DNA of 64,000 nucleotides from contig JAWKKE010000001.1 in the NCBI GenBank assembly GCA_041393415.1, positions 520,366 through 584,365 on the forward strand. Direction: 5' to 3'. A program made the position numbers and the translations under genes. The notes below the pieces were generated by a model, which saw nothing but the letters and a program-made list of their open reading frames with translations, ran no database searches and was not told the DNA's origin. This DNA comes from Thermoleophilia bacterium (GTDB taxonomy: Bacteria; Actinomycetota; Thermoleophilia; UBA2241). Shown here piece by piece: positions 60,242-64,000 of the stretch. Position 1 is the stretch's first letter; every line of letters begins with the position of its first letter.

Positions 60242-61434
60242 TCTTCCTCCTCTTCGCACTCCATGACGCCGCGGCAGACGACGGCGTCTGCCCGCGCCGC
60301 GGTCACCGACTCTTCGTACACATCGCGAAGGCTCGTGCCGGCGCCGTACCGGCGCACTTGCTGCTGAGCGCCATTGCCTTCTCGCAGCATACGCTCGACG
60401 TTGTCGAGATGCGGCCCGAGCCCGAGCAGTTCTGCGTGCGGCGCCACCGAGGCAACCAGCATCCGCAGCGCATCGGCCGCCGCAACCTCCTCGCAACGCT
60501 CCCAATCGACGAACTTGCCGTCCATGCCGTATCGGATCGCGCGCCAGAGATTCTCCTCAACGTAGCGCGTCGGCAGCGGCACGCGCCGCCGGCCATCGTC
60601 GTAGTCGCGCGCAATCTCCGCCACGATCCCGACCGTCAGCGCCGAGAGCGCGAGACTCTGCCAGGCGTGGGTCTGTGCATCGCAGATGCGAATCTCGACC
60701 GTTCCGAAGCGGTGGTGCGGCCTCACCGACCACCACACCTGAGTGAACTCCTGAATGCAGTTCGTGTCGATGAGCTGCTCATAGAAGCGTCGGTGCTCCC
60801 GCCAGGAACCGAACGCATCGGGGATGCTACAGCGCGGGAACATGCGCAGAAACGTCTGCGTCCTCACGGAGTGCAACTGCGTCCAGACCCCTTCAATGAA
60901 GGGCGAGTTGGCGGATAGTGCGAGCAGATGCGGCAGATACTCGCGCAACCGGTCACACACGTAGATCGCCCGATCGAGGCCGCGCACCCCGACATGCACA
61001 TGCGCGGCCCACGTGTTGTTTCGCCAAGCTACGTACTTGAGGCGATCTTCGACGAGCCGGTAGTGCGGCGTATCGATGATCTGCTGGTCCTTCCAGCTCG
61101 AGAAGGGATGCGTGCCGACCGAACCGAGCGCATACCCCTGCTCGGAGGCCAGAGCGAAGAGCTCAGCGCGATTGATGAGCAGTTCGTGTGCCGCTTGTGC
61201 AAAGTGCAGCGTTCGCGGCGTCGACACTTCGATCTCGGAGCGCAGCAGCTCGCCGGCGATGCGAGAACGCAATCGCGGTGCCGCGGCGTCACGAAGAACC
61301 TCGAACCCAGGCGCAAGAGCAAGCGTAGCCGGGTCGAGGATTTGAAACTCTTCCTCGAGACCGAGGTCGAAATCCAAGGCCCTCTCGAAGCGCGCCTCGA
61401 CCTCATCGAAGTAGGCGGCATGGCGATCGCTCAT
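60238..61434 (-). CDS. ybdK: Glutamate--cysteine ligase family 2 (YbdK-type carboxylate-amine ligase)
   Basis: 398 aa. GLEEEFQILD..., HVHVGV and ALSANSPF are conserved GCS2 motifs. Confidence 0.8.
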   Translation of the reverse strand: MSDRHAAYFDEVEARFERALDFDLGLEEEFQILDPATLALAPGFEVLRDAAAPRLRSRIAGELLRSEIEVSTPRTLHFAQAAHELLINRAELFALASEQGYALGSVGTHPFSSWKDQQIIDTPHYRLVEDRLKYVAWRNNTWAAHVHVGVRGLDRAIYVCDRLREYLPHLLALSANSPFIEGVWTQLHSVRTQTFLRMFPRCSIPDAFGSWREHRRFYEQLIDTNCIQEFTQVWWSVRPHHRFGTVEIRICDAQTHAWQSLALSALTVGIVAEIARDYDDGRRRVPLPTRYVEENLWRAIRYGMDGKFVDWERCEEVAAADALRMLVASVAPHAELLGLGPHLDNVERMLREGNGAQQQVRRYGAGTSLRDVYEESVTAARADAVVCRGVMECEEEEE

Positions 61435-61475
61435 GTTAGCGACTGTCGCACCGGCGACGTGCCGCTCCCTCCCTC

Positions 61476-62126
61476 TCAGCCGACGCCGAGGATCTTCTTC
61501 GCCTGGGCGACGGCTTCGATGGCGTCTTCGGCGTAGCCGTCGGCGCCGATCTCCTCGGCCCAGGCACGGGTCGTGGGGGCGCCGCCGATCATCACCTTGA
61601 CGGAGTCACGCAGGCCGGCCTCTTTCAGGGCGAGGATCGTCTTCTGCTGGTTGGGCATCGTCGTCGTCAGCAGGGCGGAGAGCAGGAGCAGGTCGGCCTG
61701 CTGCTCTTTGACCGCCTCGACGAAGGTCTCGACGGCGACGTCGCAGCCGACGTCGGTGACGGTGAAGCCGGCGGCCGAGAGCATCGAGCAGACGATCGTC
61801 TTGCCGATCTCGTGGATGTCGCCGGCGACCGTACCGGCGACGGCGTTACCGAGAGAGCGACGGCCCTCGTTGGACTTGTCGAGCTCGGGCTGCAGGACGG
61901 CGACGGCGGCCTTCATGGCCTCGGCGCCCTGGACCAGCTCGGGAAGGAAGAACTCGCCGCGACCGAAGAGATCGCCGACCTCTTCGATGCCTTTGACAAA
62001 GCCCAGGTCGAGGATGTCGGCGGGGGCAAGACCGGCGGCGAGACCCTCTCGGGCGAGGCGCTCGGCGTCCTCGGGCTCGCCGTCGATGATCGTCTGTTGC
62101 ATCTGTTGGTAGAGCGCGTCTGACAC
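61476..62126 (-). CDS. Cobalamin (B12)-binding corrinoid protein, MtaC/MtbC-like (B12-binding_2 cap plus Rossmann B12-binding domain)
   Basis: DxHxxG B12-binding motif (GDIHEIGKTIV) followed by SALLTTTM and VMIGGAPTT. Start taken at GTG 62126, preceded by GAGGAGG; the track ORF starts at 62162. Confidence 0.75.
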   Translation of the reverse strand: MSDALYQQMQQTIIDGEPEDAERLAREGLAAGLAPADILDLGFVKGIEEVGDLFGRGEFFLPELVQGAEAMKAAVAVLQPELDKSNEGRRSLGNAVAGTVAGDIHEIGKTIVCSMLSAAGFTVTDVGCDVAVETFVEAVKEQQADLLLLSALLTTTMPNQQKTILALKEAGLRDSVKVMIGGAPTTRAWAEEIGADGYAEDAIEAVAQAKKILGVG

Positions 62127-62256
62127 TGGAGCCTCCTCAGCATACCGCCGTTCGCAGCCCAATTAGGGGACCTTCGCACGATCGGATACACCCCCGCGCG
62201 AGCTGCGTGTAAGGAACGCTGCGACCACCAACAGCTTCGCCGTGCGTGCGGCAAGG

Positions 62257-62297
62257 CTACAAAACGGCGGGTGCAGCGGCAAGCCGCTGCACCCGCC
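62257..62297 (-). terminator. Rho-independent terminator downstream of the 62324..62746 gene: 14-bp perfect stem GGCGGGTGCAGCGG/CCGCTGCACCCGCC, loop CAAG, followed on the minus strand by GTTTTG
   Basis: Inverted repeat read directly at 62266..62297. A T-run (TTTT) follows on the coding (minus) strand. Confidence 0.55.
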
Positions 62298-62323
62298 CAA
62301 ACATGCACCACAAGATCTCTCGG

Positions 62324-62746
62324 CTACTTCGCCGTCGCCGCGGCCACCGGCTTCGCCTTAATAAACGTCGCGATGTACGTCGCTGCGTCATCGCCTTCCT
62401 GCTTTTCGATACGACCGCGGACCTTCACCTTGGCATCGAGCGGGATGTCGGCGAGATCCGCGTCAACCGCACCCTCGTCCGTCACCAGCCGGATCTTCGC
62501 CTTGGGATCCACGGTCATCGCCAACTCCTTACCACGAAGCGCGTTGACGGTCTTCGTGCCGGACTTAACGATCACGGTGAGGGAGCCGTCGTCGACACCG
62601 CCGGCAACCGCCTTCACGGTTCCCACGAGCTCGAACTTCACCTTCCCCTGGGCCTTGCCCTTGCTCTTGCCCGCCGCCGGCGAGAACGGAGCGGCGATCG
62701 CAAGCGCAATCAAGACCACGGCGACAAGAACCATCCATCTCTTCAC
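62324..62746 (-). CDS. Secreted hypothetical protein (signal peptide, Lys-rich beta-type domain; DUF5666-like?)
   Basis: MKRWMVLVAVVLIALAIAAPFSPAAG looks like a signal peptide, followed by GTVKAV...VTDEGAV...VKVRGRI repeats. Confidence 0.5.
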   Translation of the reverse strand: MKRWMVLVAVVLIALAIAAPFSPAAGKSKGKAQGKVKFELVGTVKAVAGGVDDGSLTVIVKSGTKTVNALRGKELAMTVDPKAKIRLVTDEGAVDADLADIPLDAKVKVRGRIEKQEGDDAATYIATFIKAKPVAAATAK

Positions 62747-62913
62747 GCGAGCACCCCTCCTGTCCGCTCATCCACTCGCGGCGTCCATGACACACCGCAT
62801 CTTCTTCTGTATCGGCACCCATCGCCGCATCATGAGCTCCGGAGGGTTGCGCGCCGCCCAGCAAGGGATAGAGTTGCACGCGGCAGCGAGCCGTCGCTTG
62901 GAAAGGAGCTCTC

Positions 62914-63531
62914 GTGAGACTCAGCCTTGTTCCTCGTGAACAAGATTACTTTCGGATGTTCTCCGAGTGTGCTGCGAACCTCGAAGCGGCCGCCAAGCTC
63001 CTTCTCCGCTTCACGACCGGAGAAGGCGATCAGCGCTCACTCGCTTCCAGCATCCTCGAGCACGAGCACGTAGGCGACAAGATCGTGCACGACATCATCC
63101 AGCGTCTCAATCAGTCGTTCATCACACCCATCGACCGCGAGGACATCTACCAACTCGTGGCCAACATGGATGACGTTCTCGACCACATCGAGGCCGGCGC
63201 CGCAGCCATGGTGCTCTACAAGGTCGGCGAGCCAACTCAGCAGGTCCGTGCGCAAGCAGAGATCCTCTCGAGAGCCACGGAACTGCTGCGCATCTGCATC
63301 GACGGCCTCGCCAAGCCCAAGGGCCTCGAGCAGCACATCATCGCCATCAACAGCCTTGAGAACGAAGGCGACAGAGTGCTTCGCGAAGCCGTTGCCAGCC
63401 TGTTCGATCACAGGATCGATCCAATCGAGATCATCAAGTGGAAGGACGTATACGAGATGCTCGAGGCGGCCATCGACGAATGCGAGCACGTCGCCAACGT
63501 CATCGAGACCATCGTTATCAAGCACAACTAA
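62914..63531 (+). CDS. DUF47 (PhoU-like, YkaA/Pit accessory) protein
   Basis: 205 aa: FRMFSECAANLEAAAKLL...EHEHVGDKIVHDIIQRLNQSFITPIDREDI...ENEGDRV is the DUF47 pattern. Immediately followed by a Pit transporter gene. Confidence 0.8.
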   Translation: MRLSLVPREQDYFRMFSECAANLEAAAKLLLRFTTGEGDQRSLASSILEHEHVGDKIVHDIIQRLNQSFITPIDREDIYQLVANMDDVLDHIEAGAAAMVLYKVGEPTQQVRAQAEILSRATELLRICIDGLAKPKGLEQHIIAINSLENEGDRVLREAVASLFDHRIDPIEIIKWKDVYEMLEAAIDECEHVANVIETIVIKHN

Positions 63532-63549
63532 CGCCGCCTCAACCACATC

Positions 63550-64000
63550 GTGGTTCTCCTCATCCTTATCGTCGCCGTTGCGCTGCTCTTCGACTACACC
63601 AACGGCTTCCACGACACCGCCAACGCCATCGCAACCGCGGTGTCCACCAGAGCGATCTCGCCGCGTCTCGCCGTTGCCATGGCGGCGGTGTTCAACTTTC
63701 TCGGCGCCCTGGCTTCGACCAGTGTCGCCAGCACCGTCGGCAAGGGCATCGTCGACACGAATCTTGTAACGCTTCCGGTCGTGCTCGCCGCACTCATCGG
63801 AGCCGTCGTCTGGAACTTCGTCACGTGGGGCTTCGGCCTCCCGTCGAGTTCCTCTCAGGCGCTGTTCGGAGGACTCATCGGCGCAATGCTCGCCAGTGCC
63901 GGCATCTCCGGTGTGCAGTGGGACGGCGTCCTCACCAAGATCGTCCTGCCCATGATCATGTCGCCCGTCGTGGGATTCGCTGCGGCATGGCTCGTGATGA
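63550..64000 (+). CDS. pit: Inorganic phosphate transporter PiT family, N-terminal part; continues beyond the window
   Basis: GTG 63550. VVLLILIVAVALLFDYTNGFHDTANAIATAVSTRAISPR carries the PiT signature GFHDTANAIAT. No stop before 64000. Confidence 0.85.
   Translation, partial: MVLLILIVAVALLFDYTNGFHDTANAIATAVSTRAISPRLAVAMAAVFNFLGALASTSVASTVGKGIVDTNLVTLPVVLAALIGAVVWNFVTWGFGLPSSSSQALFGGLIGAMLASAGISGVQWDGVLTKIVLPMIMSPVVGFAAAWLVM

Noticed and set aside
62163-62256. Possible cobalamin riboswitch upstream of the MtaC-like gene.
   Set aside because: No B12-box-like element (e.g. conserved GCCACTG core) could be found by eye in the roughly 130-nt leader. A covariance-model scan would be needed.
1-64000. 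CRISPR arrays, IS/transposase, integrase, tRNA and rRNA genes.
   Set aside because: No regular short direct-repeat/spacer array, no DDE or tyrosine-recombinase-like ORF and no rRNA/tRNA-like conserved blocks were seen. The only extended DNA repeats are intragenic duplications in the adhesin gene.

Overview
The window is a 64 kb, high-GC (about 68%) bacterial chromosomal segment with dense coding on both strands. ThyX, a Rho with a long Ala/Pro/Arg/Gly-rich N-terminal extension, GGAGG-type ribosome-binding sites, many GTG/TTG starts and 4-nt ATGA/GTGA stop-start overlaps suggest an actinobacterial-type genome. This taxonomic placement is inference only.

Core genes:
- ppdK 5' end, glyQ-glyS and recO.
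- A conserved minus-strand run rpmE, thyX, DUF1385, prfA, prmC.
- rho.
- A block of glycogen debranching enzyme, archaeal-type cofactor-independent phosphoglycerate mutase, 6-phosphofructokinase, homoserine dehydrogenase and lysA.
- lepB.
- DUF47 followed by the start of a Pit phosphate transporter.

Accessory content:
- A GGDEF-EAL sensor.
- A PadR regulator with an ABC ATPase and FtsX-type permease.
- A roughly 4.4 kb secreted LmbE/PIG-L deacetylase fused to PKD, discoidin-like and Calx-beta repeats. It carries near-identical internal tandem DNA duplications and three 1-nt indels.
- A catabolic cluster of zinc-dependent dehydrogenase, DhnA-type aldolase, acetoacetate-decarboxylase-like protein and CN hydrolase.
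- A corrinoid-associated cluster: cobO, DUF1638, DUF1844-like, YbdK-type ligase and an MtaC-like B12-binding protein.
- An accessory stretch at 42.4-48.0 kb. It holds a DUF3267 zincin, an internally duplicated 121-aa protein and a small Cys/His-rich protein in a marked low-GC islet. It also holds a frameshifted VOC gene and an ADP-ribosylglycohydrolase divergently paired with a frameshifted Arr-type rifampin ADP-ribosyltransferase. A DUF4386 membrane protein and a TetR regulator with two ACTAAC-N3-GTTAGT operators complete the stretch.

No rRNA, tRNA, CRISPR array, transposase or integrase was recognised.

The best candidates for undescribed biology, all at hypothesis level:
- The divergent ADP-ribosyltransferase and ADP-ribosylglycohydrolase pair beside the low-GC islet.
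- A 441-aa ParB/Srx-like protein inserted between glyQS and recO.
- A methyltransferase-linked pair of unknown proteins at 35.6-37.6 kb.
- A DUF1638 and MtaC-like corrinoid cluster that has no recognisable methyltransferase partner.
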